This document shows positions 1 through 12,089 of a stretch of 64,000 nt of DNA, in pieces; the stretch's first letter is position 1; every line of letters begins with the position of its first letter. The notes under the pieces were generated by a model, which made no database searches, was not told where the DNA came from, and worked only from the letters and a program-made list of their open reading frames with translations. Source of the stretch: Octopus sinensis. Its lineage: Eukaryota. Position numbers and translations under genes: made by a program. Location: positions 24,118,001 to 24,182,000 of the forward strand of contig NC_043012.1 of the NCBI RefSeq assembly GCF_006345805.1, given 5' to 3'.

Positions 1-190
1 CACACACACACATATATATATATATACATATATACGACAGGCTTCTTTCAGTTTCCGTCTACCAAATCCACTCACAATGCGTTGGTCGGCCCGAGGCTAT
101 AGTAGAAGACACTTGCCCGAGGTGCCATGCAGTGGGACTGAACCCAGAACCATGTGGTTGGTAAGCAAGCTACTTACCACACAGCCACTC
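1..190 (-). mobile_element. SINE family A, 5' half (runs off window start)
   Basis: Reverse complement of the family head GAGTGGCTGTGTGGTAAGTAGCTTGCTTACCAACCACATGGTTCTGGGTTCAGTCCC, followed by the internal (TA)/(CA) tract. Confidence 0.85.
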
Positions 191-295
191 CTAATGATGA
201 TGCAGGTACCACATAAATGGCACCCATGCTCGTGCCACAAAAAGGCCCCTGCGCTGGTGTCATGTAAAAAGCACCTAGTATATTCTGTATAGTGG

Positions 296-450
296 TTGGC
301 ATCAGGGAGAGCATCCAGTCCTAGAAACCATGCCAAAACAGACAATTGGAGTCTGGTGCAGCTCTCCAGCCTCGCCAGCTCTTATTGAACTGTCCAACCC
401 ATGCCAGCATGGAAAACGGATGTTAAATGATGATGATGATGATGATGATA
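296..450 (+). mobile_element. RTE-type 3' tail element (family C), decayed
   Basis: GGTTGGCATCAGGGAGAGCATCCAG...CCAACCCATGCCAGCATGGAAAACGGATGTTAAA followed by a (TGA)n tail; same module recurs many times in the window. Confidence 0.7.
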
Positions 451-1519
451 ATGAATTAACTGTTGTGATATGAAAGTTAGCAATGCAGCTGTTAGCTTGG
501 ACAGTGATAACAAATGTAACCATGTGTGCTGTGCTGGATTGCTGGTTATATTGCAAAGGAACCAGAGAGAGAGAAAGAGAGAGATAGAGAAAGAGAGAGA
601 GATGAGAGGGTTTGAAGAGAAAGGACATAGAGAAAGTGAGAGAGGAGAGAGGTGGGGGAGAGAAGTGAGAGCAAAGAGAAGGAGAGTTTGAAAATTGAGA
701 AGAAGCAAAGTTAAGAATCAATGAAAATCACAAGGGGGGGGGAAGAAGTAGGTGATAGAAAGCCATAAGTGCATATGAAAGTGAAAGAGTGAAGAAAACA
801 ATCCTTCATTCATTCCATCCTTCCTTCATTCCATCATTCATCCATTTTTAGTAAGATAATTTCTTGTATAAGCAATTTGCTAAGAGATGCTAACAGCTTG
901 GAAGAACTCCAAACTTTGGTGTTGTCAAGATCTTGCAGTGGTTTCTGCCATCTTCAATACCATCTCCACCAGCACCACTCCTGCTCTGCCGCCTCATTTT
1001 GTTTTGAACCATTTAAAACATATTGGCAGCTTGGTTTTCTCTGCTGTGACATTGAGACAACATTTGTCTGACAGCTGTGTCCAGACCCTTGTTTCCCTCC
1101 TCTTGCACCTGTCCTCTCACTGTACCCATCTCTCTCTCTCTCTCAGGTGAGGTTCATATTTTAGGAATAGAAATTTAGAATTTTGTCTTCTGGACTTATT
1201 CGCTTGTTTTGTCATCTGTGTAGGCACAGGCATGGCTGTGTGGTGAGAGGTTTCAGTTGTCTCATTGTGTGGAACCTTGAGCAAGCATCATCTACTATAG
1301 CCCTGGGCCACCAACGCCTAGCAAATATATTTGGTAGACAGAAACTGTGTGGAAATTTTTCATAGATGTGCACAAAACTTTTTCTATTCCTGAGTGTTAT
1401 ACTAATACATGTTTTGTTTTCTACACCACTTGTCTTCGTCTTTTGTTTTTTCGTAAACTCTCCCTATATATTATATATATATATATGTATATATAATGCA
1501 AGCATGGAAAAGTGCACAT

Positions 1520-1890
1520 TGATATCATCATCATCATCGTTTAACGTCCATTCTACATGCTAGCATGGGTTGGACAGTTCGACCGGGTATCTGGGAAGCC
1601 AGAAGGCTGCACCAGGCTCCAGTCTGATCTGGCAGTTTCTACAGCTGGATGCCCTTCCTAACGCCAACCACTCCGTGAGTGTCGTGGGCGCCTTTTACGT
1701 GCCAGGCGAGGCTGCAAAGGCCACGATCGGATTGGTGCTTTTTACATGCCACCGGCACGGAAGCCAGTCAAGGCGGCGCTGGCATCAGCCATGTTCGGAT
1801 GGTGCTTTTTACGTGCCACCGGCATGGAAGCCAGTCTAGGCAGCGCTGGCATTGGCCACGTTTGGATGGTGCTTTTTACGTGCCACCAGC
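1520..1890 (-). mobile_element. RTE-type 3' tail element (family C) with ~65-bp internal tandem repeats
   Basis: (CAT)n tail, CGTTTAACGTCC...ATGCTAGCATGGGTTGGAC...GGATGCCCTTCCTAACGCCAACC, then repeated GGTGCTTTTTACGTGCCACCGGCA units. Confidence 0.8.
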
Positions 1891-2404
1891 ACAGGGATCA
1901 CAACTGCAGTTCAAATTTTGGCACAAGGGCAGCCACTTTAAAGCAATTGCATTGACCCCACCCCTGTGCATAAGGCCTGAAATTTTGCAGGAGGAGGCAA
2001 GTCAGTTACATCAAGTCTGATGCTCAACTGCTCCTTATTTTATGAGCCCTAAAAGTATGAAAGACAAAGTTGATCTTGGTGTATTTGAACTCAGATCAAA
2101 AAGCTGGAAGAAATGTTGCTCAGCATTTGGTCCAGCCTGCTGAGGATTCTGCCAGCTCACCACCTTTCTGCAATTGGCACAGGGACAGTAGTTTGGAAGG
2201 GAAGGGGTTTGAACTCGGAACATAAAGAGTTGGAACAAATACTGCAAAATAATTTTTCTGTTGCTGTGATTATTTTGCCAATCCAACTTGCTTATATTAA
2301 TTCTTCCAACTACAGGGATGAGGCCTGAAATTTTGTGGGGAACAGGTCACTTGATTACAACACTCCCCAATGTTTATATCATATTTATTTTATGGACCCT
2401 GAAA

Positions 2405-2660
2405 GTTAAGTTAAGTTAATTTTTTGGCTCAAAAAGCAAAAAGCAGGGCCATGTAGGGGGACATGGAGTTATGCACAGGAGTGTTCATGCAAAGAGTTCA
2501 GGCCTTTTCTGGTCAAGAGAGACTTTGAACCGAGCGGTCGTCGGCATCTTCACTATCTCGTCCGGCAGCTTATTCCACGGATCCGCAACTCGGACGGAGA
2601 AAGCACCTCTCCTTCGATTGAGATGAAATCGTCGCAGATAGAGCTTTTCGAAAGGATAAA
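2405..2660 (-). mobile_element. CR1/L2-type LINE 3' end fragment
   Basis: Translation FHLNRRRGAFSVRVADPWNKLPDEIVKMPTTARFKVSLD matches the CR1/L2 ORF2 C-terminal pattern (FS.RV...WN.LP..V......FK..LD); (TTAAC)n tail at ~2405-2420. Confidence 0.8.
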
Positions 2661-4920
2661 AGGAATGGTCAAGTTTGGTAGCATTTGAACTCAGAACATA
2701 AAATGCAGGAATAAAGATAGCAACTTGTTGAATGCATTCTCTTTCTCTGAATTTTCCCCTTCTTTTGCTCCAGAAACAATAATTGGAATTTCTCTTTAAA
2801 AACAAAACAATGAAATTAAGATTATGGCCTTCTTTTGTTTGTCTATTATGACCCTATATTTATGCTTGTATGCTTGATGTGTATACATGCATGTGTCTAT
2901 ATATATATATTTATCTGTGTGTTTGTTGATGGGTTACAGTAGTTCCAGTAAATGTTTGACATTGTATCAAAAGTACAATAGAAAGAAATGAAGAGAAAAC
3001 ACTGTGTTTGTAAATTCAAAAACTCACTATTCTCCTACAAAATGAGAACATGCATTCACCTACTTGCATGTTCTTAAATGTATAAACATGCATGCAGACA
3101 TATATATATGTGTATGTGGAGACAGAGAGAGAGAGGGACAGATGTGTGTACATGAGTGTTTATATATATTTATGTATATGCTTGTGTTTATGTGTATATA
3201 TATGTATATGTGTACATGTGTATGTATGTATATATATTATATATATATATATATATACAACGCACATGCATTATATATATAGTGTACATACATATGCATT
3301 GACACAAGGACACAGTTAACAATAAAATAAATTTTTTAAAAACTTGAACACAAAGAAAAACAAAAGCAAACACAACAAACCTATCAGGATTTCCTCAATA
3401 AAAATCAGTGAATTTGCAGTGGAAGAGAAATTTGCACAATTTGATAGGATTGTTGTGAAAGAAGCGATGGGGGAATGTCTTTTGTTCTGGAATGCTCTTT
3501 TAGTTTGCTAAGTCGGTAATCATGCTAGAAACAATAGCAACTGTTACAAATGATATCATCCAGTGTGTTAAAAAGGATATTTCTCTCTTTCCCCTCTCCC
3601 CTCCTTATTGTCAATGTGGCGGCGGTGGTGGTGGTGGTGGTGGTGGAGTGGGGGGATGTGTGAATCTGTTTATTGGAGTAAAGGTTGCTATTTATTGTTG
3701 TTCGATTGATAAAAGGGAGGATTTGTTTTATAATGAGAAGGGAGGGGTGCTCTTTGGTAGTTTTGGGTTTGTTTGTTTTTTTTTGTTTTTAAAGGAAAAG
3801 ATTTAAAAAAAAAAAATTTTGTTGGGTATGGGTCTGGGATTAATTTACGAAAATATAAGAATGCATCTCAAGTCTTTATATTCTTCACTTCATCTCTTTT
3901 TTTCCTTCTTTTTCGCTCCATCTTCCACTCTGTCTCTCTCTTTCTCCTATTCCATCTTTCTCATTTCTCTCTCTTTCTCTCTCAGTTTTTCTGTCTTCCT
4001 CTTCATACACTTCTTTCCTGCTATTATTGCTTTTTCTCCCTCTTTTTTTTCCTTCATCTTGTCACAAAGAAAACTTTGGGGAAAAAAATAAGTAAATATA
4101 TCCATTAAAAAAAAAAAACTATAAACATTCCAAAAGACAGAAAGAAAAAAAACATGCAAAATTATGTAAAACATTAAAACATTCCTCCAGCCCCCACCAT
4201 CTGCAAATAAAACAATAACAAAACTGCTTGGTTGTTTACTGGCAATCAACAGAGCAAATCTTGATGTAAAGGTATTGTTTTATAATCGTCAATGATGAAC
4301 TTGATAATCATTGTTAATGATGGTGGTGGTAGTGGTGGTAGCAATGGCTGTGGTGTTGTTGATAGTGAAGGGGGTAGTGTTGGTAGTGTTGTGTAGGATG
4401 TTCCGCTTAGCTTTTGTTTGAGTGGTACTTTGGCACAAATGTAGCAGTGTTGAAAAAAAAAAACATCACTAAATAAATGTTATCACAATCACCATTCTGG
4501 GCATGTCGTCTTAACCCTTTCTGGGTATACAACCAAAAACAACAAATTATCTAAAAAAACAATTGCAAAATAATTTTTTAAAAAAGCCCCAGAAAACTGG
4601 TATGAGTGAAATAATGTCAAATATCCAAACAACATTTACCTTATATGGCACTCAAGGGTACCGTAAAATTGCCTATTTTTGTAAATCTTGCAAATGGTTG
4701 AACAAATAGAATGAGTTAACCTTTAGAAAATTAAAAATAGGCATCAGTACAGCTGTGTGGTTGAGTATCTTGCTCCCCAACCATAGGGTTTTGGGTTCAA
4801 GTCCCACTGTACAGCACCTTGGGTAAGTGTCTTTTACTTTAGCTCTGGGCTGACTAAATTGTTGTGAGTGGATCCAGTAGATGGAAACTGAAAGAAGCCC
4901 ATTGTGTTTATATATATATA

Positions 4921-5210
4921 GCCATGTTACATGGCAGTGAAACATGGGCCGTGACTGCTGAGGACATGCGTAAGCTCACAAGGAATGAAGCCAGTATGCT
5001 CCAATGGATGTGTAATGTCAGTGTACATACTCGACAGTGTGTAAGTACCTTGAGAGAAAAGTTGGACCTAAGAAGCATCAGCTGTGGTGTGCAAGAGAGA
5101 CGATTGTGCTGGTATGGTCATGTGGCGAGAATGGATGAAGATAGGTGCGTGAAAAAGTGCCAATCCCAAGCTGTTGAGGGAACCCGTGGAAGAGGTAGAC
5201 CCAGGAATAC
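4921..5210 (+). mobile_element. RTE-clade LINE ORF2 fragment (post-RT region)
   Basis: AMLHGSETWAVTAEDMRKLTRNEASMLQWMC...RRLCWYGHVARMDEDRCVKKC...RGRGRPR is the typical RTE C-terminal motif set; abuts a SINE A 5' half at its (TA)n. Confidence 0.85.
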
Positions 5211-5514
5211 CTCGACTATACATGAATAAAGAAGAATGAAATATTAGATCATATGATGGTAGGTTAAACAGCATGAGGAAGAAAATAGTAAACACAAAAC
5301 TCGTATGATTTTAGTTAGAATTTCTTCCATCAAGAAGGTTTGTTTATAATTTTATGAGATAATCAGGTGAAAAAGAGCAACAGCCACAAGACCACTTTCT
5401 GGCCCCTGATGACTGGTGTGAGGTAGTGAGGCAGTCATCCTCAAACCTCTAATAACTTGGCCTAAATTCTTGCAAGAAATTGGGCACTGATAATGCCACC
5501 AATTGTGCAACAGT

Positions 5515-5902
5515 GGATGGAAGCACTCCGTCGGTTATGATGACGAGGGTTCCGGTTGATCCGAATCAATGGAACAGCCTGCTCGTGAAATTAACGTGTA
5601 AGTGGCTGAGCCCTCCACAGACACGTGTACCATTAACGTAGTTCTCGGGGATATTCAGTGTGACACAGAGAGTGACAAGGCCGGCCCTTTGAAATACAGG
5701 TACAAGAGAAACAGGAAGTAAGAGTGAGAGAAAGTTGTGGTGAAAGAGTACAGCAGGGAACACCACCATCCCCTGCTGGAGCCTCGTGGAGCTTTAGGTG
5801 TTTTCGCTCAATAAACACTCACAACGCCCGGTCTGGGAATCGAAACCGCGATCCTATGACCGTGAGTCCGCTGCCCTAACCACTGGGCCATTGCGCCTCC
5901 AC
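5515..5902 (-). mobile_element. tRNA-derived SINE family B, full length, with 11-bp target-site duplication
   Basis: Minus-strand head GTGGAGGCGCAATGGCCCAGTGGTTAGGG (A box)...GGTTTCGATTCCC (B box); TGTGCAACAGT duplicated at 5504-5514 and 5903-5913; many CpGs retained. Confidence 0.85.
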
Positions 5903-7146
5903 TGTGCAACAGTAACAGCAACATCATTACCAACAATCCATCAATCTTCTCTGCCCACCATTCCTGGGAAGGGCGTGGCAGTAGAGTTCTCCCACCCTAG
6001 GGATCCATCAGAAACAACCATCGTGAGACTTTCCAGGAATGGTCGCTCTGACAACTTTCATATAATTTCCTGTCAACCAAATTTCACCAGCAAAGCTTAG
6101 ACTGATCCCAAGACTTATGAAAGAGAAGAACACTGAGCCAAAGTTGAACACACACAGAGATTGAAACTGGAATTAGGAAGTTGCAAACCAAACTTCTCAA
6201 ACACACAGCCATGCCTACATTTATTTGCTTAATCAGGTCAGACCCAGGGCTAAACAACAATACAATCAACAAAATGATACTGAAAAAAGAAGCGAGAGGG
6301 AAAGAACATCCATGGATGTGATCTTTCTGTATAATTTTATGGGTCTATTTATCTTACACAGTTTCAGCAGTGAAGCTTATATACGGTGCTAATTACCAGA
6401 GATTAAAATCACTCTGTTTCTGAATAAATTGAAAAATAATTGCAGGTGATGATAATAATAATAATGAAATCCAGGTGTTTTTTTTATAGGGCCATCAAGC
6501 TATATACACACATACATATATATATACATATATATATATACATATATATATATACACATAAATGTATGTATATATTCTGAGGGAGAGATAAACACATACA
6601 GAATGAGATGTGTGAGAAAGACTTAGTAGGATATATATATATATATATACACATACATACACACACCAAAATGGAATATAATAAACTGATAGAAACAACA
6701 TCAACAACAACAACAATAATAATGAGCTGAACAATAGTAGCAACAGCCACATCATCACCATTATCATACAACAATAACCAGCAACAACAATATATAAAGC
6801 TCTTTTCACTCTCGCTATCAATGAATTTCAGAATACAATAGAGAGATCCATTGTGAGAGCATCAATTTCAGGTTTATATCTAAAGCAATGTCTTTTAGCA
6901 TATACACTCCTAGAGTTGTGTATTAATTACCATGGATATAATGCAGGTACAGGCGTGACTGTGTAGCTGCAGGTATGGTTGTTCACTTAAAGAGGCTTGC
7001 TTCCCAACCTCACTGTTTGGGGTTCAGTCCCACTGCATGGCACCTCGAGCAAGTGTCTTCTATATCTACAGGTCAACCAAAGCCTTGTGAATGGTTGCAT
7101 GTTTTGAGTGTGTGGATATATATGTGTATGTATGTATATATATATA

Positions 7147-7400
7147 TATAAAGTTAATCCAAACAAGAAAACAAAAAGACAACAACGCAAGGATGTGGAA
7201 CAAATAAAGTATTATTGGACGCTCAGGAAAGAAGGGAAGAAGGAGGGTTTGACGTTTCGAGCAGAGCTCTTCGTCGGAAACATAAGAGAAGGAAAGATCC
7301 CGAGACGGGAGGACAGAGGAAAAGAAAATCGCCGGTGGTATTCACGAGGTCACATACTAAAAGACGGAAGTGGTAAAAATGAAGGAAAATGTTTTTAAAA
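7147..7400 (-). mobile_element. Penelope-like / retrozyme-like small element, hammerhead family H1
   Basis: Homologous to 9270-9720 and 63870-64000; starts at a (TA)n tract; carries a hammerhead motif at 7247-7281. Confidence 0.65.
7247..7281 (-). ncRNA. Minimal type I hammerhead ribozyme motif (core variant CCGACGA)
   Basis: GTTT-CCGACGA-A-GAGC(TCT)GCTC-GAAAC-GTC|AAAC: stem I GTTT/AAAC, stem II GAGC/GCTC, ACGT palindrome, GUC triplet; U4 replaced by C. Confidence 0.55.
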
Positions 7401-8306
7401 ACAAGATACATACATACATACATACATGCACACACACATACACATAAGATCCAACAAATTTGACTTTTTTCTTGCTTTTCAATTCCTTTTCCTCTTTTCT
7501 ATTTCCTTTCTTCTTTTCTTCTCTTCATTTTCCTTTCTTTTTTCTCCTTTTTGCCCATTTTCTTTCTCCCCTTCTTCTAAACACACACACACCACACACA
7601 CACACACATATTCACAACAGGATGTTTTTGAGGTTGATCTTGATAAAGAATGAATTAAGCAAATCCTTCAGACAATCTACAGTGACATCTTTGAAATGGT
7701 AATGGCTTGTGTGGGACCAGTTACTCTTTTGGGGTTTGCTAATACCAACAGTTGTGCAAATATGCCATGAGACTGAGGAACAGCAAACCAAAATTGTATG
7801 GTCAGTGATTCTCATGAGTTCCTCCACCCTTTCACAGGCCTAGTCTTTCATCCTGTAGGGTGTCCAAAAGAATCACCCTCCTCACCATGAAAGCTCAGAG
7901 GGCTTGTCAGTTTAGTCGCTGATGACCAATACGACAGGCTGACCAATATGACAGGTTGCACTGGGTTATATGTTACCAGTAGCACTGCAAAGCAACCTGA
8001 TATGCATGTCTGTGAGTGAGTGTGCAGGTGTGTAGGTATTGCATGTGTGAGTGTTATAGTGTCTGTATTTATCTCTCCTTGTCTTGACATTGCGAGATTG
8101 TAGTAAACGAATGTTTGGCTATTCGGAAATATGAATCTGTTTGGAAATAGTTAAGATTTGGTGGCACAACAGGAATCTGACCATGAAAAACAAATCTGTC
8201 GCATTAAACCCTGCTCAACCCATGCAAACATGGAAAAACGAATGTTAAATTAATGACAGTTCCTATCATAAGCACTAGTAGGTCTATGTGGTTAAGAAGT
8301 GTAATT

Positions 8307-8690
8307 AGGAGCAGGAGTGGCTGTGTGGTAAGTAGCTTGCTAACCAACCACATGGTTCCGGGTTCAGTCCCACTGCGTGGCACCTTGGGCAAAAGTCTTC
8401 TACTATAGCCTCGGGCCGACCAAAGCCTTGTGAGTGGATTTGGTAGATGGAAACTGAAAGAAGCCCGTCGTATATATGTATATATATATACGCGTGTGTG
8501 TTTGCTCCCCTAGCATTGCTTGACAACCGATGCTGGTGTGTTTATGTCCCCGTTACTTAGCGGTTCGGCAAAAGAGACCGATAGAATAAGTACTGGGTTC
8601 ACAAAAGAATAAGTCCCGGGGTCGAGTTACTCAATTAAAGGCGGTGCTCCAGCATGGCCGCAGTCAAATGACTGAAACAAGTAAAAGAGA
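8307..8690 (+). mobile_element. SINE family A, full length
   Basis: tRNA-like head (TGGCTGTGTGG; GGTTCAGTCCC), internal (TA)n/(TG)n, 3' tail GGCGGTGCTCCAGCATGGCCGCAGTCAAATGACTGAAACAAGTAAAAGAGA. Confidence 0.9.
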
Positions 8691-9233
8691 CATTATGAGG
8701 GTTCCAAGTTCAATGTTTCTGGAAGGTAATCGCATAAGTGTGTGTGTGTGTGGGGGGTATGTATTTTTTTAATCTTCCATTAGTTCCAGTCATTGGACTA
8801 TGGCCATGCTGTAGCACTGCCTGGAAGTGTTTAGTTGAACAAATCAACACCCAATACTTATCTTTTTTTGGAATTTGGTAATTAATCAGTTGATCTATTT
8901 TGCTAAACTGCTTAGTTAAGCAGACATAAACAAACCAGCACCGGTTGTCAAGCGATGTGGAGGAGACAAACACAAACAAAAATACACACATGTGAATATG
9001 TGTGTGTCTGTTGCACTCATGATTGCAAGATTATGATTTCAATTCCTAGACCAGCAGTGTGTTACCCTTCGGATGTAAAATGAGCAGCCCCATGATGGCC
9101 TGATACTCCTGTCAGGCTAAATGTCCACATATGACTGACCGCTGAGTCAGTGGAGCAACATCATTCAAAAGCTACAATGAAAGGAAGTGTATTTTATAAC
9201 GACATCAGGTAGTCTGGACAATATAATGATATT

Positions 9234-9278
<45 letters not shown>

Positions 9279-9360
9279 CCAAACATGAAAACATAACAAC
9301 GCAAGGATGTGGAACAAATATAGTATTATTGGACGCTCAGGAAGGAAGGGAAGAAGGAGG

Positions 9361-9395
9361 GTCTAACGTTTCGAGCGGAGCTCTTCGTCAGAAAC
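9361..9395 (-). ncRNA. Minimal type I hammerhead ribozyme motif, copy 1 of tandem pair
   Basis: GTTT-CTGACGA-A-GAGC(TCC)GCTC-GAAAC-GTT|AGAC; canonical CUGANGA core; stem I with one G-U pair. Confidence 0.7.
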
Positions 9396-9481
9396 ATAGG
9401 AAAAGAAAAGATCCAGGGAAGGAGGACGGAAGAAAAACAAAAACCGCCAACGGTAAACACGCAGTCACATATATGTGTATA

Positions 9482-9520
<39 letters not shown>

Positions 9521-9602
9521 CCAAACATGAAAACATAACAACGCAAGGATGTGGAACAAATATAGTATTATTGGACGCTCAGGAAGGAAGGGAAGAAGGA
9601 GG

Positions 9603-9637
9603 GTCTAACGTTTCGAGCGGAGCTCTTCGTCAGAAAC
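9603..9637 (-). ncRNA. Minimal type I hammerhead ribozyme motif, copy 2 of tandem pair
   Basis: Identical to 9361-9395, offset by 242 bp. Confidence 0.7.
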
Positions 9638-9712
9638 ATAGGAAAAGAAAAGATCCAGGGAAGGGAGGACGGAAGAAAAACAAAAACCGCCAACGGTAAA
9701 CACACAGTCACA

Positions 9713-9743
<31 letters not shown>

Positions 9744-9986
9744 GTGTGTAAATATATATAAAACACACACACATGTACACACACAGTGGGCTTCCACACA
9801 GTTTCTTTCACCTCATTTTCACCCACAAATCTTAGGCTGACCCAAGTTAATGGCAAAAGATAATACATTTGCCCAAAATATCCTGCAGTAAAATGGAACC
9901 CAGATCTCATGACTGACATGTGAACCACTTAATTATACGGGAGACTAAGACAACACAAATATTCTCCTCGTCACTGCATCGTTTTG

Positions 9987-10017
<31 letters not shown>

Positions 10018-10884
10018 TCTATCTTCTGAACTTCCTGCCATAAGTAGTTTACTTTAAGAACGGTGAATTTGATTTATTGATATGTTATTAAATTTTATTA
10101 TTTCCTCTTCATTTCTTTTTTCAACAACCATCGTACCACTACCACCACCGCCACCACCAATACCACTGCCTCCCCCCCCCCTCAGAACATTTTAATCAAG
10201 ATACAATATGTTTGTACTGTCAAGTTATAATCTATTACACTCATTTTTATCTTCTTTTTTTTCTGTTTTTGTTTTTTTGTTTTTCACAATATATGTTTTA
10301 ATAGAGTAAATCATATTATTATTTTTATTTATCATTACTGTTGTTGTTGTTGGTGGTGGTGGTGGTAGTGTTGCTTTTAATTTTCTTTAAAAACAAACAG
10401 GGAAAACAGTTTCCTTCACTCATGCTTTTACTATTTCATCAACTTTCAATAAAAACAAAATGAATTTTCCTGGGTTCTTCAACATACGTACCTTTAAACA
10501 TACACATATACATACATGAACATGCATATTACACAGACAAACTTGTACATACAAACATACATAGCTTCAACTTCAAATTTTACATCAATCTCCATTACCG
10601 TAGTCTTTACGTTATCTTTTACCAAAGTGATCTTGCAAGTACAGCCTCAGCCTTGCTTGCACCTTTAAGAAATCACCTCATTTCTAAGAACTAATATTCT
10701 AAAGGTACAGAAAGACTTGTCTACTTTTATGGCACAATTTTACCTGTTTAGACTCTCTCCAAACTCAGAAGCAAATGGACAACAAGTCTCAGCCATTCTG
10801 GTTAATTATTTTTTAAAACTTAATCAGTGATTAAGAAAGATAAATAATTACAAATTATTTTGTATCATGACTTGAAGCTACAAG

Positions 10885-10941
10885 TTATTTGCCAGTGTCT
10901 TCACATCGTGGACCTCTCACAATCCATTCTCGTCCATACAC
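10885..10941 (-). CDS. Possible terminal coding exon of an unidentified gene (VYGREWIVRGPRCEDTGK*)
   Basis: ttgtag acceptor, 19 codons to TAA, followed by non-repetitive AT-rich UTR-like sequence toward ~10050; no recognisable homology and phase unproven. Confidence 0.2.
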   Translation of the reverse strand: MYGREWIVRGPRCEDTGK

Positions 10942-10969
10942 CTACAATGTTATTGGACCAGGGCAGGGA

Positions 10970-11200
10970 GCTGGCAGATTAGTTCGCATGCCGGGTCAAA
11001 TGCTTAGCGGTATTTCGTCTACCAGTATTTCATTCTGAGTTCAAATTCCACCTAGGTCGACTTTGCCTTTCATCCTTATGGGGTCAATTAAATAAGTACC
11101 AGTTACGCACTGGGGTTGATGTAATCAACTTAATCCCTTTGTCTGTCCTTGTTTGTCCCCTCTATGTTTAGCCCCCCCTGTGGGCTATAAAGAAATAAAT
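10970..11200 (+). mobile_element. SINE family D
   Basis: GAGCTGGCAGA...GAGTTCAAATTCC (B box)...GTCGACTTTGCCTTTCATCCTT...AAGTACCAG; close homologue at 37237-37470 and many decayed copies. Confidence 0.75.
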
Positions 11201-12089
11201 ATTATTGGACCTACAGCATAATATAATACATGGTTGCAATGATAAGATTATTTCTGAATTTTGGGTCGTTTCCATGGTGACAGTTTGCTTGAGAGTTGGT
11301 GTCATTGAAAATAACAAAAATTCTTTTGAAATTTTAGATACAAAATATTTATTTTTTATCATTGACCAACTGTGTATGGTCAATACTATCAATGACAAAA
11401 GACATGTTTACACCAATTTAGACATTCAAAGGTTGTAGGAGATATTACTGCATCAGGTATGACAGCAGCCGTTGTCATGTAACAGCTAGGTGGTTTGGCT
11501 GCAGCAACATTATCATTGCTATTCATTCGCAGTTGACTGGCTCAAAGTGTGTGCTTCTACAATCTTCCTAGTTGCTAAACCTCCCTAAATATATATATAT
11601 ATATAGCTAATAAATTCATCTGAAACAAACATGACAAAGCCTAAGTAGCCTAATGACCATCCCATGTGTTATTTGTCCCAGAAAACTGCTTGTTTACAAC
11701 AACCTGGATTTGATGAATTGAACAACTGGTTGATCTATTGTATTGGAGTGGTCAGCTCCCAACTGATGATGGAAAAAAAAAAAAAAAAGACAGTTTAATG
11801 TGCTTTTCAGACTTGAATATGTTATTGATATTAATCATTGATGGTATCCTGTTTATTGTTATGCAGTAAATGTGAATACAGTGATTTGGTTTCAATTTCT
11901 AAGTCATTGATTATCTGAAACAGTTGCAAAGATAAGACTGGATCACTTCATTTATTAGTATATGGAAATTTGCATTTGAATATATTCTTTATGCCAACTA
12001 TTGTTTGTCTTTTCTCCTTCCATTCTCACTCAAGGAAGGCCATTCTTGTGGCTGGCTTCCTACATCAGCAGCACCTGCCACTCAAAGAA

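Larger units (their letters stand above)
9270..9720 (-). mobile_element. Tandem dimer (242-bp period) of hammerhead family H1 element
   Basis: AAAATTAATCCAAACATG starts at 9270 and 9512; units nearly identical outside the (TA)n spacer; each carries CTGACGA...GAAACGTT. Confidence 0.85.

Noticed and set aside
5800-5902. tRNA gene
   Set aside because: A and B boxes are present but continue into a SINE body with a TSD; no complete cloverleaf. The same applies to the heads of families A and D.
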